Shown one piece after another: positions 29,828 to 42,010 of a stretch of 64,000 nucleotides of DNA (within the stretch, counting starts at the first letter, position 1; every line of letters starts with the position of its first letter). This DNA comes from an uncultured Chloroflexia bacterium. Lineage in GTDB: Bacteria; Chloroflexota; Limnocylindria; Limnocylindrales; CSP1-4. Where the stretch lies: NCBI GenBank assembly GCA_963833225.1, contig CAWHXD010000007.1:192001-256000 (forward strand), in the 5' to 3' direction. The position numbers and the translations under genes are program-made. The notes under the pieces are model-generated. The model was not told where the DNA came from. It searched no databases and was given only the letters and a program-made list of their open reading frames with translations.

Positions 29828-31046
29828 CTAGCTCGACCGCAGCTTTGTCCAGCGCTCCTGGTACTTCTGCAGGTCGGGCCCGAGATCGAGCAGCTCCTGG
29901 AGCTTGTCGATCTGCGCCTTCTCCGGGTTCAGCGTCGGGTCGCCGAGGATGGCTGGGTCGATGAACTGCTTGGCTGCCTCGTTGGGGCCCATGTAGTAGA
30001 TGTAGTTGGTGTTCGCGGCGCTGATCTCGGCGTCGAGCATGTGGTTGATGAACAGGTGCGCCGCGATCGGGTGCGGGGCATTGGCCAGGAGCACCATCGC
30101 GTCCGACCCGCGGATGGCGCCCTCGGACGGGATCACGTAGACGACGTCCTTCCCGCGCTTCGACCAGCTGACCTGGGCCACGTCGCCACTCCACGCATGG
30201 GACAGCCAGACGTTGCCGCTCTTGAGGTCGGCGATGTCGTCAGCCGTGTACTTGCGCAGGAGCGGCTTCTGCTGCTGCAGGAGCGCCAGAGCCTCGTCAA
30301 GCTCCGCCTCGCTCGTCGTGTTCACGCTGTAGCCGAGCCGGATGAGCGCGGCCGCGAAGGTCTCGCGATAGTCGTCGAGCATCGCCACCTTGCCGCTGAA
30401 GCGCTGGTCCCACAGGCTGGACCAGTCGGTGAGCTTGTCGCTGATCTTGGCCGTGTTGTAGCCGAACCCCGTGGTCCACCACATGTAGGGCACCGAATGG
30501 GCGTTGCCCGGGTCGTAGGCGGGGCTCTGCCACTCCTCGCCGAGGTTGACCAGGTTCGGGATCAGCGCCAGGTCCAGCGGCTGGACCAGGTTGCGGGCCA
30601 GGAATCCCGGCACGTCGACCCCCGTGGCGAAGGTGAGGTCATACCCGCTGTTGCCGGTCGAGATCTTGGTGGTCATCTCGTCGTAGTTGGTGAACACGTC
30701 GTAGGTGACCTGGATCCCGGTACTTGTCCTCGAACGACGGGATCGTGTCTTCGCCGATGTACTCGTCGTAGTTGTAGACGAACAGCTCCGACTCCGGCTT
30801 GGGCGGCTCGGTCGGCTGGGCCGGTGTCGTGGGCTCGCTCGACGGTGTCCCGTCCGGCGGCGCCGACGCGCCGGGACCGGACGACGGCGGGGCAGGAGTG
30901 GCCGGCGCCGCCGTCGAGGCGCTGCCTCCGCAGGCGGCCAGCAGGCCGCCGGTGGCCGTGACGGCACCGAGGCCGGCGAGGCCACGGAGCACGGTGCGGC
31001 GGGTCATCGCCTTGGACAATGGCGTCGATCGATGCTGCTCGCTCAT
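29828..31046 (-). CDS. potD: Polyamine-binding lipoprotein (PotD/PotF-like) with Tat signal; frameshift near 30718
   Basis: TRRTVLRG...LLAAC; YNYDEYI; after the shift SGYDL, YDPGNAHSVPYMWWTTG, WSGD, IPSEG. Confidence 0.85.
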
Positions 31047-32218
31047 GGGATCTCCTCCACCGGCTCTCCCGAGGCGGGTCGGGGGAGCACCATGGCATCG
31101 GTGGCGCGCCAGCGGATGCGAACCGCGTCGCCGATTCCGGGACGTTCGTGACTGCGCGGGACGACCACCGCGAGCGTCACCCCCGCGGTGGTCCTGACCT
31201 GGTGGCTGACGGCAACGCCGAGATAGGCGCTCTGCAGGACCTCGGCCTCCAGCCAGGCCCCGGCCTCGGGGCTGGGAGCCGCGGCCTGTGTCGCCGTTCC
31301 GGCGAGCTCGAGGTGGATGGACTCGGGGCGGATCGCGACATCCACGGGATCGCCCAGCCTCGAGGCTCCCGCCTCGGCGAAGACCGCCTCGCCGGTGGTC
31401 AGCCGAACCAGCGCAACCTCGCCGTCCACCGACTCGATCGTGCCGGGGAGCAGGTTGGAGGTCCCGATGAACCCGGCAACGAACAGCGTCTGCGGGGCAT
31501 CGTAGAGCTCCTCGGGCGTGCCGAGCTGCTCCACTCGGCCGCGGTTCATCACGGCGATCCGGTCGGACAGCGCGAGCGCCTCCTCCTGGTCGTGGGTCAC
31601 GTAGATGAACGTGATCCCGACCTCGAGCTGGACCCGCTTGAGCTCGGTCTGCAGCTGCCGCCGCAGCTTGAGGTCGAGGGCGCCCAGCGGCTCGTCGAGG
31701 AGCAGCACCTGCGGCCGGTTCACGAGGGCGCGGGCGAGGGCGACGCGCTGCTGCTGGCCGCCCGAGAGCTGGTCGGGGCGCCGCGGTCCGAAGTCGTCGA
31801 GCCGGACCAGCGACAGCGCCTCGCCCACCCGCGTCCGGACCTCGGGGCCGGGAGTCCGGTGCCGGCGCAGGCCGAACGCGATGTTCTCGAAGACCGTGAG
31901 GTGCGGGAACAGCGCGTAGCTCTGGAACACCATGTTGACCGGCCGCTTCTCGGGCGGCTGCATCGTGATGTCCTGACCCCCGAGCTCGATCCGGCCACCG
32001 GACGGCAGCTCGAAGCCGCCGATCATCCGCAGGGTGGTCGTCTTCCCGCAGCCGGACGGACCCAGGAGCGAGAAGAACTCGCCGGCGTGGATCTCGAGGT
32101 CCACGCCATCGACGGCCTTCACCTCGCCGAACAGCTTGCGCAGCCCGACCAGGCGGACGTCCGCTGCCGACGCGCTCCGCTCCGCGAGCGCCGGGTCGAG
32201 CTTCTCAGCCTCCGCCAC
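31043..32218 (-). CDS. potA: Polyamine ABC transporter ATP-binding subunit
   Basis: [46 protein letters not shown] tail; AAGGAGG RBS. Confidence 0.92.
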   Translation of the reverse strand: MAEAEKLDPALAERSASAADVRLVGLRKLFGEVKAVDGVDLEIHAGEFFSLLGPSGCGKTTTLRMIGGFELPSGGRIELGGQDITMQPPEKRPVNMVFQSYALFPHLTVFENIAFGLRRHRTPGPEVRTRVGEALSLVRLDDFGPRRPDQLSGGQQQRVALARALVNRPQVLLLDEPLGALDLKLRRQLQTELKRVQLEVGITFIYVTHDQEEALALSDRIAVMNRGRVEQLGTPEELYDAPQTLFVAGFIGTSNLLPGTIESVDGEVALVRLTTGEAVFAEAGASRLGDPVDVAIRPESIHLELAGTATQAAAPSPEAGAWLEAEVLQSAYLGVAVSHQVRTTAGVTLAVVVPRSHERPGIGDAVRIRWRATDAMVLPRPASGEPVEEIP

Positions 32219-32423
32219 AGACCCTCCTTCGCGCTCACGAGGCACCCGCCCCAGCGGTTCGAGGCGCGCCGAGGTGGGGATCATGCACTGTCGTGCGGTT
32301 GACCGTCGCGCGAAATCTGTCCGCTCGTCGTCCTCCGGGGCAAGGGCCCGTCCCGCATCGTGGGTCCCGAAGGTGGCGACGGGGATCGGGTGCGCTCGTG
32401 CCGCGCGGGGTACGCTCGCGGTG

Positions 32424-33077
32424 ATGAGCAACGAGCCGGCGACAATTCCCGCGGCGACCCAGGAGGCCATCGAGGAGCCCGCGGAGCGCGGCTGGGCCGA
32501 TTACTACCGGTACACGCTGGGCCGCGAGCCGCGTCCCCTGTTCACCAGAGGGATGACGGCGCTCACGGCCGCCGGGCTGACGCACGGAACCGCGGTGGAC
32601 GTGGGGGCGGGCGACGGGACGGAGACCCTGGCGTTGCTCGAGGCGGGCTGGCGGGTCGTGTCCGTCGACAGCGCGCCGGAGTCCGCGGAGGTCCTGCTCC
32701 CGCGGGTCCCCGACCTGCACCGGGAGCGGCTGGTCACGGTCACCGCACCGGTCGAGACGGCGGACCTGCCCCCATTCGACCTGTTGTACTCGGCCTACGT
32801 GCTGTCCTACCTCGCGCCCGATGCCTTTGGCCGCCTGTGGGCCGCGGCGCGCGACCGGTGTCGGCCCGGGGGCTTCCTCGTGGTCAACATCTTTGGTGAC
32901 CGGCACGAGGCGGCGGGCGCGGAGCCGGATACGACGTTCCTGCCGCGCGCCGAGGTGGAGCGGCTGCTCGAGGGCCTCGAGATCGTCGCGTTCGAGGAGG
33001 TGGAGGAGGACGGCGGCTCGTTCACGGGTCCGACACACTGGCACCTGTTCGACATCGTGGCGAGGCGCCCGGCATGA
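32424..33077 (+). CDS. Class I SAM-dependent methyltransferase (TehB/TPMT-like)
   Basis: AVDVGAGDG motif I, GWRVVSVD, FDLLY, RPGGFL; ATGA overlap with selA. Confidence 0.85.
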   Translation: MSNEPATIPAATQEAIEEPAERGWADYYRYTLGREPRPLFTRGMTALTAAGLTHGTAVDVGAGDGTETLALLEAGWRVVSVDSAPESAEVLLPRVPDLHRERLVTVTAPVETADLPPFDLLYSAYVLSYLAPDAFGRLWAAARDRCRPGGFLVVNIFGDRHEAAGAEPDTTFLPRAEVERLLEGLEIVAFEEVEEDGGSFTGPTHWHLFDIVARRPA

Positions 33078-34447
33078 GCGGCAGGCCCGCCCGGGAGCGG
33101 CCGCCCAGCGTGGAGGCCGTGCTGCGGGTCCTCCGCGAGGAGGTCGAGTGGTCGGAGCCGGAGCCGCTGGCCGACGCCGTCCGCGCCGTCCTGGCGGCCC
33201 ACCGCGCCTCGATCGCGGCCGGTGGTGAGGCCCGGAGCCCCACGGACCTCGCGAGGGAGGCGGCGGCGGGCCTGGTGTGGGCGGCGGCGCCCCAACGCGT
33301 GATCAACGCGACCGGGGTGATCCTCCACACGAACCTGGGGCGTGCGCCCTGGCCCGAGGCCGCCCGCGCCGCCGCCGCGCTTGCCGCCGCGGACTACGGC
33401 TATCTGGAGCTGGATCCAGCGACCGGCCGCCGGGGCCGGCGGTTCCGCGCGGCCGAGGACCACCTGGTGGCGCTGACCGGCGCCGAGGACGCGATGGTGG
33501 TCACCAACAACGCTGCGGCGCTGCTGCTGGCGGTGGGTCTTGCCGGGCGGCGGGGGTCTGTCGTCGTGTCCCGCGGCGAGCTGGTGGAGATCGGCGGCGG
33601 CGTCCGGATCCCGGAGGTCGTCGCCCGGGCCGGCGCCCGACTCATCGAGGTGGGGACGACCAACCGGACCCGCCCGACCGACTTCGAGGCGCCCCTCGCG
33701 GAGGGGCGCGCCCGGGCGGTGCTCCGCGTCCACCCCTCGAACTTCACGATGGAGGGGTTCGCGGAAGCGGCGGACCTCGCCGAGGTCGCCGCGATCGCCC
33801 ACCGTCACGGCGCCCTGGTGATCGACGACCTCGGGTCGGGGGCGCTGCTGGACACGGCCCGGTTCGGCCTCGCGCACGAGCCCACGCCGGCGGAGCGCCT
33901 CGAGGCGGGCGCCGACGTGGTGCTGTTCAGCGGCGACAAGCTCGTCGGCGGTCCGCAGGCCGGGCTCGTGGTGGGGCGCCGGGAGCTCGTGGCGCGGATG
34001 CGGCGGGACCCGCTGGCGCGTGCCGTCCGGCCCGACAAGGCGATCCTGGCCGCCGTCGCCGCGACCCTGGGGATCTACCGGGCCGGCCGCGCACGGCTCG
34101 ACATCCCGGTCTGGCGAACGATCGCCCGGGACGCGGCGGAGCTGCGGACCCGAGCCGGGTGGATCGCCGGCCGGTGCGCCGTTGGGGATGATCCGGCGCC
34201 GGTCCGGGTCGTCGACCTGCGGTCGCCCATCGGCGGGGGCTCGCTGCCCGGCCAGACGCTGCCATCGGCGGGGGTCGCCGTCGCCTGCGGCTCGCCGGCC
34301 CGGGCGGCAGCCGCGCTCCGGCGAGGGGAGCCGCGGATCCTGGCACGCGTCGAGAGCGGCGAGCTGGTGCTTGATCTGCGCACCGTGGACCAGGCCGATG
34401 ACAGCGGCGTCGCACGGGCGATCCAGGGAATCCTCTGCGATCGATGA
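33074..34447 (+). CDS. selA: L-seryl-tRNA(Sec) selenium transferase
   Basis: [59 protein letters not shown]. Confidence 0.96.
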   Translation: MSGRPARERPPSVEAVLRVLREEVEWSEPEPLADAVRAVLAAHRASIAAGGEARSPTDLAREAAAGLVWAAAPQRVINATGVILHTNLGRAPWPEAARAAAALAAADYGYLELDPATGRRGRRFRAAEDHLVALTGAEDAMVVTNNAAALLLAVGLAGRRGSVVVSRGELVEIGGGVRIPEVVARAGARLIEVGTTNRTRPTDFEAPLAEGRARAVLRVHPSNFTMEGFAEAADLAEVAAIAHRHGALVIDDLGSGALLDTARFGLAHEPTPAERLEAGADVVLFSGDKLVGGPQAGLVVGRRELVARMRRDPLARAVRPDKAILAAVAATLGIYRAGRARLDIPVWRTIARDAAELRTRAGWIAGRCAVGDDPAPVRVVDLRSPIGGGSLPGQTLPSAGVAVACGSPARAAAALRRGEPRILARVESGELVLDLRTVDQADDSGVARAIQGILCDR

Positions 34448-36387
34448 GCGTCGTCATCGGCACGGCCGGCCACATCGACCACGGCAAGACGACGCTCCTC
34501 CGCGCGCTGACCGGGATCGACGCCGACCGGCTGCCCGAGGAGCGCCGGCGCGGCATGACGATCGACGTCGGGTATGCGCACCTCGTCCTCGAGGACGGCT
34601 CGGTGCTGGATTTCGTGGACGTGCCCGGTCATGACCGGCTGGTGGGCAACATGCTCGTCGGGGCGGGCGAGATCGACGCTGCGCTGCTGGTGGTCGCGGC
34701 CGATGACGGGCCAAACGCCCAGACCCTGGAGCACCTCGAGCTGCTCGACGCGATCGGCGTTCGCGAGGCCGTGATCGCGGTGACGAAGACGGACCTGGTC
34801 GACGCCGACCGGGTTGCCGACGTGACCGGGGCCATCGCGTCGCTGGTCGGGCGCACGCGACTCGCGGGCGCGCCCGTGGTCGGCGTGAGCGGCGTCACCG
34901 GCGATGGTGTCGACGAGCTCCGCACGGCCCTTGCGGCGCTGCGCGACCGGGCGGCGGTTGGGCGCCCGCGGGCCGGTTCCGCCCGGCTGGCGATCGATCG
35001 CACGTTTGCCATCCGGGGTCGCGGGCTCGTGGTCACCGGGAGCCTGCGCGGCGGCCCCGTTTCCACCGGGTCGACGCTGCGCCTGGTTCCCGGTGGCATC
35101 GACCTGCGTGTGCGCGAGGTCCAGGTCCGGGGAGCCACGGTGCCGGCGTCCGACGGCGGGCGCACGGCGCTCCTCGTCGCCGGCGCGGAGGCCGAGCTGC
35201 TCGAGCGGGGGCGCATCCTCACGACCGATCCAGCCGTCGTCGCCACGTCGCGAGTCCTCGTCGCGCTACGGCCGCCGGCCGGGCTGGCGGCCATCCGGCG
35301 CGCCGCCGGCACCGCTGCCCGTGGGGGGTCCGCGGAGGCGCCCGCGGACCGTGACCGGCTGCGCCTCCACGTGGGCACGGCGCAGGCCGGCGCCCTCGTC
35401 GTGCGCGGGCCACGCGAGGCGATCGACCTGCCCGATGGGACGACCCTCGCCATCCTCCGGCTGGACACGGAGATCGCCGCCGCCGCCGGGGACTCGTTCG
35501 CGCTGCGCCGGCCGTCGCCGGGCGCGTCCGCGGGTGGTGGCGTGCTCCTTGACCCGTTGCCGCCCCGTGGCGTGTCGCGCCGACGGTTGACGCCGGCGCG
35601 GGCGGCCGCGCTTGCGTCCGCGGTGGCGGCGATGACGCGCGGCGATCCGGACGGAGCACCGGCCGTCGCGGATGCGCGCCTCGACCTCCACGGGGTGGTC
35701 CGCGAGCGTGACGGCTGGCTCGTGGCCCCGGACGTGCATGCCGCGCTGGCGGCCACCGCGCTGGACCTGGTCCGGGCCCACCACGCCGCGGAGCCGGAGT
35801 CTCCGGGCCTGGCGTTGCCGGTCATGCGCTCCGAGCTGGCGCTCGCCGCCCGCCGCCGCGCGACCCTGGGTCGCGCGGCGGCCGAGGACGTCGCCCGTGC
35901 TGAGGTCGACCGGCTGGTTGCCGATGGGACCCTGGCCCGGGACGGCGAGCGGCTGCGGGACCCGGAACGGGCCGCGGGGCTGCCGGCCGCGACGCTGGCG
36001 GCGATGGACCGACTGGAGACCGCGCTCTCGGTTGCCGCACCCCCGGCGCTCTCGGTGGCCGCACGCGACGCGGGCTGCCCGGCTGACGGCGTCCGGGCGC
36101 TCGAGACCGCGGGCCGGATCGTTCGCCTCGAGGACGATCTTGCCTGGGGGGCGGGGACCTACCGGGAGCTGGTGCGCAAGGCGCTGGCGATGGCCGCCGC
36201 GGCGCCGCTCGCCCCCGCCGCCTTCCGCGACGCCACGGGCACCAGCCGGCGCTACGTGCTGGTGGTCCTCGAGGACCTCGACCGGCGGGGTCTCCTTCGC
36301 CGCACCGATCTGGGCCATGTCCTGGGCCCCACGACGATCGCCCGGATGCAGGCCCGGGCGGCCGCCGCGCGGGAGCCCCGCGGGTGA
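34444..36387 (+). CDS. selB: Selenocysteine-specific elongation factor
   Basis: [35 protein letters not shown]-terminal winged helix TSRRY...LEDLD. Confidence 0.95.
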   Translation: MSVVIGTAGHIDHGKTTLLRALTGIDADRLPEERRRGMTIDVGYAHLVLEDGSVLDFVDVPGHDRLVGNMLVGAGEIDAALLVVAADDGPNAQTLEHLELLDAIGVREAVIAVTKTDLVDADRVADVTGAIASLVGRTRLAGAPVVGVSGVTGDGVDELRTALAALRDRAAVGRPRAGSARLAIDRTFAIRGRGLVVTGSLRGGPVSTGSTLRLVPGGIDLRVREVQVRGATVPASDGGRTALLVAGAEAELLERGRILTTDPAVVATSRVLVALRPPAGLAAIRRAAGTAARGGSAEAPADRDRLRLHVGTAQAGALVVRGPREAIDLPDGTTLAILRLDTEIAAAAGDSFALRRPSPGASAGGGVLLDPLPPRGVSRRRLTPARAAALASAVAAMTRGDPDGAPAVADARLDLHGVVRERDGWLVAPDVHAALAATALDLVRAHHAAEPESPGLALPVMRSELALAARRRATLGRAAAEDVARAEVDRLVADGTLARDGERLRDPERAAGLPAATLAAMDRLETALSVAAPPALSVAARDAGCPADGVRALETAGRIVRLEDDLAWGAGTYRELVRKALAMAAAAPLAPAAFRDATGTSRRYVLVVLEDLDRRGLLRRTDLGHVLGPTTIARMQARAAAAREPRG

Positions 36388-37048
36388 CGATCGCTGCCAT
36401 CGTGCTTGCCGGCGGGGCCTCGTCCCGCTTTGGCGGTGACAAGCTGGCCGCGGCGTACCTGGGGCGGCCGGTCCTCCATCACGCCCTGGCGGCGGTCGCG
36501 GCGGTTGCGGATCCGGTGGTCCTGGTGCTCGCCCCGGACGCCGCTGTCCCGGCGCTTCCGGCCGGGCTCGGGGCAGCGCTGCTCGTTGCGCGGGACGCCG
36601 TGGCGTTCCAGGGGCCGCTGGCCGGGCTGGCCGGGGGCATCGACGCGCTCCCGGCCGGCATCGACCGGGCAATCGTGGTTGCGGGCGACATGCCGACGCT
36701 CGTGCCCGGCGGTGCTCCATGCGCTGCTCGACGCCGTGGTCTCCGATGCCGGCGACCGGGGTCGCCTGCCTGGAGGCGGACCCGGAGTCCCCGCTGCCCA
36801 TGGCCGTACGGCCGTCGCTCGCGGGCCCAGCAGCCGCCCTCCTCCTGGCGGCCGAGCGCCGCAGCCTGCGGGCGCTCGTCGCGGCCGTCCCCTCGGTCGC
36901 GGTCCCGTCGGCCACCTGGCGGCGGCTGGATCCCGACGGGGTAACGCTCCGCGATGTCGACACGCCGGGGGATCTCGGGGGGTTGAGGCATGCTCTGGGC
37001 CTGGCGGCCGAGCGGGCTCGACCAGGGATGACTCACTCCTCGATTTGA
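36384..37048 (+). CDS. mobA: Molybdenum cofactor guanylyltransferase (frameshifts near 36710 and 36760)
   Basis: VLAGGASSRFGGDK, QGPLAG, VAGDMP, C-terminal DVDTPGDL; GTGA overlap with selB. Confidence 0.85.
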
Positions 37049-37083
37049 GGCGAGCTCGCACGCGGGCCTTCTCTCGCCCCGCG

Positions 37084-38733
37084 TCAGCCGCCCAGCCCGG
37101 GCGCCTCGTGCACGGCCACGCCCTCGATGAACGTCGCGACGGCGTGGGTCTCGCCGATGGGTCCCGCGCCGGGTCGTCGAACAGGTCGCGATCGAGCATC
37201 GCGAGGTCGGCCAAGCGCCCGGCGCCAGCACGCCCGCCTCGTCGAGGTGGTTGGCGTAGGCGGAGCCGGCGGTCGCGGCGGTCAGGATGTCCACCAGCTC
37301 GAGGCGCTCCTCGGGCAGGAACGGCTCGGTGCCGCGCGCCTCGTCCGGGACCCGGTTGACCGCGACCTCCATCTGGACGAACGGGTCCGGCGTGGACACG
37401 CTCCAGTCCGAGCCCATGACGAGGGTGGCCCCGTGGCGACGAAGCGAGCGGAACGGGTACTGGCGCGCGGACACGACGGGCCCAGGATCGGCAGCGTCAG
37501 CTCCGTCCATCTGCGCTTCAGCACGGCCCAGTACGGCTGCGCGTTCGCCAGCGCCCCCAGCCTGCGGAACCGGGCCAGGTCGTCGGGATGGACGACCTGG
37601 AGGTGGGCCAGGTGGGGCCGGGTGTCGGACCAGCCGTTGGCTCGCCGGGCCGCCTCGACCGCATCGAGCGCCTGGCGCACGGCCCGGTCGCCCAGCGCAT
37701 GGAAATGCGGCTGGAACCCGAGGGCGTCGAGTCGCACGACGGCCTGCTTGAGCACCTCCGGGTCGATGAAGTCCTTGCCCCGGTTATCCGTCACGTGGCC
37801 GGCGACATCGAGGTACGGCTCGGTCATCGACGCCGTCTGGTTCTCCACGATCCCATCGACCATCAGCTTCACGCTGGTCGGTGAGAACCGGCCGACGGGT
37901 CCCCTGGCACGTCGCTCGACGAGTGACTCGATCTGCCCCAGGCCCTCGTCGCGCTCCCACCACAGGCCCCCAACGACCCGCGCGGTCAGCTCGCCGGATG
38001 CGCGCCAGCGACCGGTACGCGGCCTCCTCGACGGGGGTCACCCAGGCGTCCTGCCAGTTGGTGATGCCCAGCGAGTGGAGATACCGCTGGCTCTCGAGCG
38101 TGGCCCGGCGGAGGTCGTCGGCCGTGGGCGGTGGGATGAGGCGCTCCACGAGCGCCATCGCCCCCTCGTGGAGGGTGCCGGACGGGGTGCCGTCCGGATC
38201 GCGGGCGATCCGGCCATCGTCGGGGTCGGCCGTGCGCGGCCGAGATGCCGGCCCGGTCGAGCGCGGCCGGGTTGACCCACGCGTCGTGGCCGTCGCGGTT
38301 GGGCAGGAAGATCGGGCGGTCCGGGCAGACCCGGTCGAGGTCCTCCCGCCGCGGCAGGCCGCCCGGGAAGTCCGCCAGCGACCAGCCGCCACCCGTGATC
38401 CATTCGACATCCGGGTTGGCGCTGCGTGTAGGCCGCGACGGCGGCCAGGTAGTCGTCAAGTCCGTGGAGCCCGTGGAGCTCGCAGCGGATGCGCGCGAGG
38501 CCCGCCATCGGTGGGTGGACGTGGCTGTCGCCGAAGCCTGGCGTCACGGTGCGGCCGCGGAGCTCGATGACCCGGGTGCCCGGGCCCACCAGGGGCCGCA
38601 CGTCGCGGTCGCCACCCACGGCGGCGATGCGGCCCCCGCGGACGGCCATGGCCTCCGCCCAGGTCTTCGCGGCATCGGCGGTGAAGATCCGTCCCCCGGT
38701 CAGGACGAGGTCGGCGGCAGTCTCGCTCGGCAT
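37084..38733 (-). CDS. Amidohydrolase_3 family (YtcJ-like) protein interrupted by several frameshifts (sequence error or pseudogene)
   Basis: PGFGDSHVHP, DGHDAWVN, GTLHE, KLMVDG, HFHALGD, HLAHLQ, GSDWSVS, ADLAMLDRD spread over different frames. Confidence 0.85.
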
Positions 38734-38824
38734 GGCCCGCAGGATGACAGGGAGTCCTGCCGACGACGCGCCCGTTTCGAGGCATGCGCCCGATGCCCGC
38801 GCGCGGCGGGCTGGCGGCGCGCGA

Positions 38825-40432
38825 TCAGCTAACGGCGGACACCTCGCCGGCCTCGCGCCCACCGCCGGCAGCCGCCGCATCGTCCGCGTCCTCGCCGGGT
38901 CGCGGCCGCAGCCCGACCCAGTTCGCGAGCGCCCCGCCGAGCAGCAGCGCGGCGCACACCGTGGCGGCGACGTGCAGGGCATCGACCGAGGCCACCCGGG
39001 CGGCGTCGACGAGCATTCCGGTGGCGCCGGCACCGGGCTTGTTGAGGGGCTGGACCAGGGCCCGCGCCGCCGGGTCCGACGGGTCGAACCCCGGGACCGC
39101 GCCGGCCAGCGCCGCGTAGAAGGACCCCGACACCACCACGAAGATGACGGCCGAGAGCAGCGGTTGTCCGATCCGGCTGATCGAGTTGTTGATCGCGGAG
39201 GCGAGGCCGGCGTTCGCCACCGGCACGGAGCCCATCAACGTCGTCGTCAGCGGCGCGACGACGAGCGAGATCCCGAGCCCGAACAGCAGCATGGCCGGCA
39301 GGATGTCGACCAGGACCGAGATCGGCGGCAGCACCGTCGCAGCGTCCCCCAGGGAGAGCCGCCACGCATCCGTCGTGGCCGGGACGCGGGCGAGCCACAG
39401 CAGTCCGGACGCCATCAGGACGGGCCCGATCACCAGGAACGGCCGCACCCCGATCCGTCCGGCAGCCGATCCGACCCGGGCGGAGAGGACCGTGAGCAGG
39501 ATCCCCGTGGGCAGCCCGACGATGCCGGCGGCCGTCGCCGAGTAGCCGATCGTGTTCTGGAGGAACAGCCCCTGGAACGTGAAGATCGTGTACAGCGCGC
39601 CGTAGATCAGCAGCGTTGACAGGTTGATGGTCGCGAAGCGCCGACGCCTGAAGAGCCCCAGGGGGACGAGCGGGTGGCGGCGCCGCACCATGAGCGCCGG
39701 GAACGCGACCAGGGCCACGAGCCCGACCGCCAGCGAACCCCACGCGAGCGGGTCCTGCCATTGCCGGTCCTGTCCCCGGATCGCGCCGAACGCCAGGCCA
39801 CCGACGGCGACGACCGCCACGGCCGCCCCCAGCCAGTCGAAGGTGCCCGGCGCATCGTCGGCCTTCGTCTCCGCCATGTGCCGCCGGGTGGCCCACAGGG
39901 CGATCGCCACCAGGGGGACGTTCACGAGGAATGCCGCCCGCCAGCTCACGCCATCGACGAGGAGCCCGCCGACCACCGGTCCCACGAGGGTCGTCGCCGA
40001 CGTCGCGGCGGCCCAGATCCCGAACGCGCGGGCCCGAGCCTGCCCATCGAACAGCGCCGTGAGGATCGCGAGCGAACCGGGGACGAGCAGCGCGCCCGCC
40101 GCGCCCTGGATCAGCCGGAAGACCACGAGCATCTCCAGCGTGGGCGCAAGGCCGCACAGGACCGACGCGGCGCCGAACCCGACGAGCCCGATGCCGAACA
40201 CGCGGCGACGGCCGTGATAGTCGGCCAGGGCCCCCCCGAGGATCAGCAGCGCGGCCAGGATGGCGAGATAGGCCGAGACCACGTAGGTCTGGCCCTCGAG
40301 CACCGAGACGAGGCTCGCCGGCAGCTCCTCACCGATCCTGGGCAGGGCCAGGTTCACCACGGTGCCGTCGAGGAACACCATCGACGAGCCGAGGATGGCC
40401 GCGAGCATGGTCCAGCGTTGGGACGAGGTCAC
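38825..40432 (-). CDS. MFS drug:H+ antiporter (DHA2-like)
   Basis: FLDGTVVNLALP, GALADYHGRRR, FRLIQG, WRAAFLVNVP, FDWLG. Confidence 0.9.
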   Translation of the reverse strand: MTSSQRWTMLAAILGSSMVFLDGTVVNLALPRIGEELPASLVSVLEGQTYVVSAYLAILAALLILGGALADYHGRRRVFGIGLVGFGAASVLCGLAPTLEMLVVFRLIQGAAGALLVPGSLAILTALFDGQARARAFGIWAAATSATTLVGPVVGGLLVDGVSWRAAFLVNVPLVAIALWATRRHMAETKADDAPGTFDWLGAAVAVVAVGGLAFGAIRGQDRQWQDPLAWGSLAVGLVALVAFPALMVRRRHPLVPLGLFRRRRFATINLSTLLIYGALYTIFTFQGLFLQNTIGYSATAAGIVGLPTGILLTVLSARVGSAAGRIGVRPFLVIGPVLMASGLLWLARVPATTDAWRLSLGDAATVLPPISVLVDILPAMLLFGLGISLVVAPLTTTLMGSVPVANAGLASAINNSISRIGQPLLSAVIFVVVSGSFYAALAGAVPGFDPSDPAARALVQPLNKPGAGATGMLVDAARVASVDALHVAATVCAALLLGGALANWVGLRPRPGEDADDAAAAGGGREAGEVSAVS

Positions 40433-40511
40433 CGGGTCACCATCTTGCGCGGAGTGTCGCAGCAGGGTCCTTCACCCGTCCACCCGCGGGTCGTGCACTA
40501 TGCTGCGGCCG

Positions 40512-41234
40512 ATGAACGGACCCGTGGCGCTCGTCGGCGCCGGTGAATTCCTGGCCCCGATGGCAGAGTTCGATCGGGGTCTGCTCGACGCGACCGGCCG
40601 CGCCCGGCCTCGTGTCGTGATCCTGCCCACGGCCGCCGCCCCGGACGGTGAGCGCACCTTCCGGACCTGGGCGGACATGGGGGTGGAGCACTTCGCGGCG
40701 CTGGGTGCCGAGGTGGAGCCGGTCCTGGTCCGCTCCGTCGCCGACGGATACGACGCGGCCTCCCTCCAGGCGATCGGGGAGGCGGATCTCATCTATCTCT
40801 CCGGCGGGCATCCCGGACACCTGCTCAGGGTCCTGTTCGAGTCGCCCGTGGGCGGGGCGCTGGCCGAGGCGCACGCCCGCGGTGCCGTGCTCGCCGGGTG
40901 CTCGGCGGGGGCCATGGCGCTCGTGGGCAGGATGATCGGGTTCCGAACGCTGCCCAGGGTGCGGATCCCGCTGCCGCTGCTGATCCGCTGGCGTCCGGGG
41001 CTGGGGCTCGTCGCCGGGGTGGCCGTGCTCCCGCACTACGACGCCTGGCCGGAGCCCCTGTCCGCGATGGTCGCCCTCCAGGCCCCGAAACGGACGGTCG
41101 TCCTCGGGATCGACGAGGAGACCGCCATCGTGGGCCGGAACGGCGCCTGGCAGGTTCACGGCTCCGGGCGGGTGACGGTCTGGCGCGGTCGCCACCGGGA
41201 GCGCTACCGCAGGGGCGAGGCCTTCCGGATCTGA
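40512..41234 (+). CDS. Peptidase S51 family (cyanophycinase/PepE-like) protein
   Basis: LVGAGEF, ILPTA, IYLSGG, AGCSAGAM nucleophile motif, PHYD, GIDEETA. Confidence 0.85.
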   Translation: MNGPVALVGAGEFLAPMAEFDRGLLDATGRARPRVVILPTAAAPDGERTFRTWADMGVEHFAALGAEVEPVLVRSVADGYDAASLQAIGEADLIYLSGGHPGHLLRVLFESPVGGALAEAHARGAVLAGCSAGAMALVGRMIGFRTLPRVRIPLPLLIRWRPGLGLVAGVAVLPHYDAWPEPLSAMVALQAPKRTVVLGIDEETAIVGRNGAWQVHGSGRVTVWRGRHRERYRRGEAFRI

Positions 41235-42010
41235 GCCGGGGCGCCGGGCGTCTCCCAGACCGAGACGTGCTGCAGGCTCTCACCCGTGAACGGCTCGCCA
41301 CGCCAGCCTGCCCAGCGATCCCGGAGCCGCATCCCGGCCAGCTGCGCCATGAGGTCGAGCTCTGCCGGCCAGACGTAGCGGAACGGGATCGAGAACCGAT
41401 CGCCGCGCCCATCGGTCACGTCCACATGGTTGGACACCAGCCCCTGGCTCGCGAGGTCGTATTCGTCAAAGCCGAAGGTCGTGTCGCCGACATGGAACGG
41501 GTGGATCGTCTGGCCCGGCGGGAGCCAGCGGAGGCGCGGGATCATCACCTCGATCACGAACGTTCCGCCCGGTTCCAGGTGGCGGGCGACGTTGCGGAAG
41601 CACTCGACCTGGGCCCCTTGCGTGGTCAGGTTCATGATCGTGTTGAACACGAGATAGGCCACCCGGAACGTGCCATCCGCGGTCGCGGAGGCGAAATCGC
41701 CGATCGTGACGGCGATGGTCTCGCCACCGGGCTTGGCTCGCAGCCGCGCGGCCATCGCCCGCGACAGCTCGATCCCGGCCACCTCGATCCCGCGCGCGGC
41801 CAGGGGGATGGCGATCCGCCCGGTCCCGATCCCCAGCTCCAGCGCGCGCCCGTCCCCTGCCAGCCCGGCCAGCAGGTCCACCGCCGGCCCCACCACGTCG
41901 GGCTCGAACATGTCGGCGGATTCGACGTCGTAGGTGGCGGCCACCGGCTCGGCGAAGTAGCCGTCGTCCGGCGCGCGGCGATCGCCGTCGTCCACCCCGC
42001 CCCCGGTCAC
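41204..42010 (-). CDS. Class I SAM-dependent methyltransferase
   Basis: ALELGIGTGR, YLVFNTIMNL, LEPGG, RYVWPAELDLMA; GTGA overlap at 42010, or alternative GTG at 41995. Confidence 0.87.
   Translation of the reverse strand: MTGGGVDDGDRRAPDDGYFAEPVAATYDVESADMFEPDVVGPAVDLLAGLAGDGRALELGIGTGRIAIPLAARGIEVAGIELSRAMAARLRAKPGGETIAVTIGDFASATADGTFRVAYLVFNTIMNLTTQGAQVECFRNVARHLEPGGTFVIEVMIPRLRWLPPGQTIHPFHVGDTTFGFDEYDLASQGLVSNHVDVTDGRGDRFSIPFRYVWPAELDLMAQLAGMRLRDRWAGWRGEPFTGESLQHVSVWETPGAPAQIRKASPLR

Noticed and set aside
32219-32410. Riboswitch upstream of potA (also checked upstream of mttB at 17515-17642)
   Set aside because: No recognisable cobalamin, SAM, glycine, THF or Moco aptamer core by eye; an Rfam scan would be needed to exclude one fully
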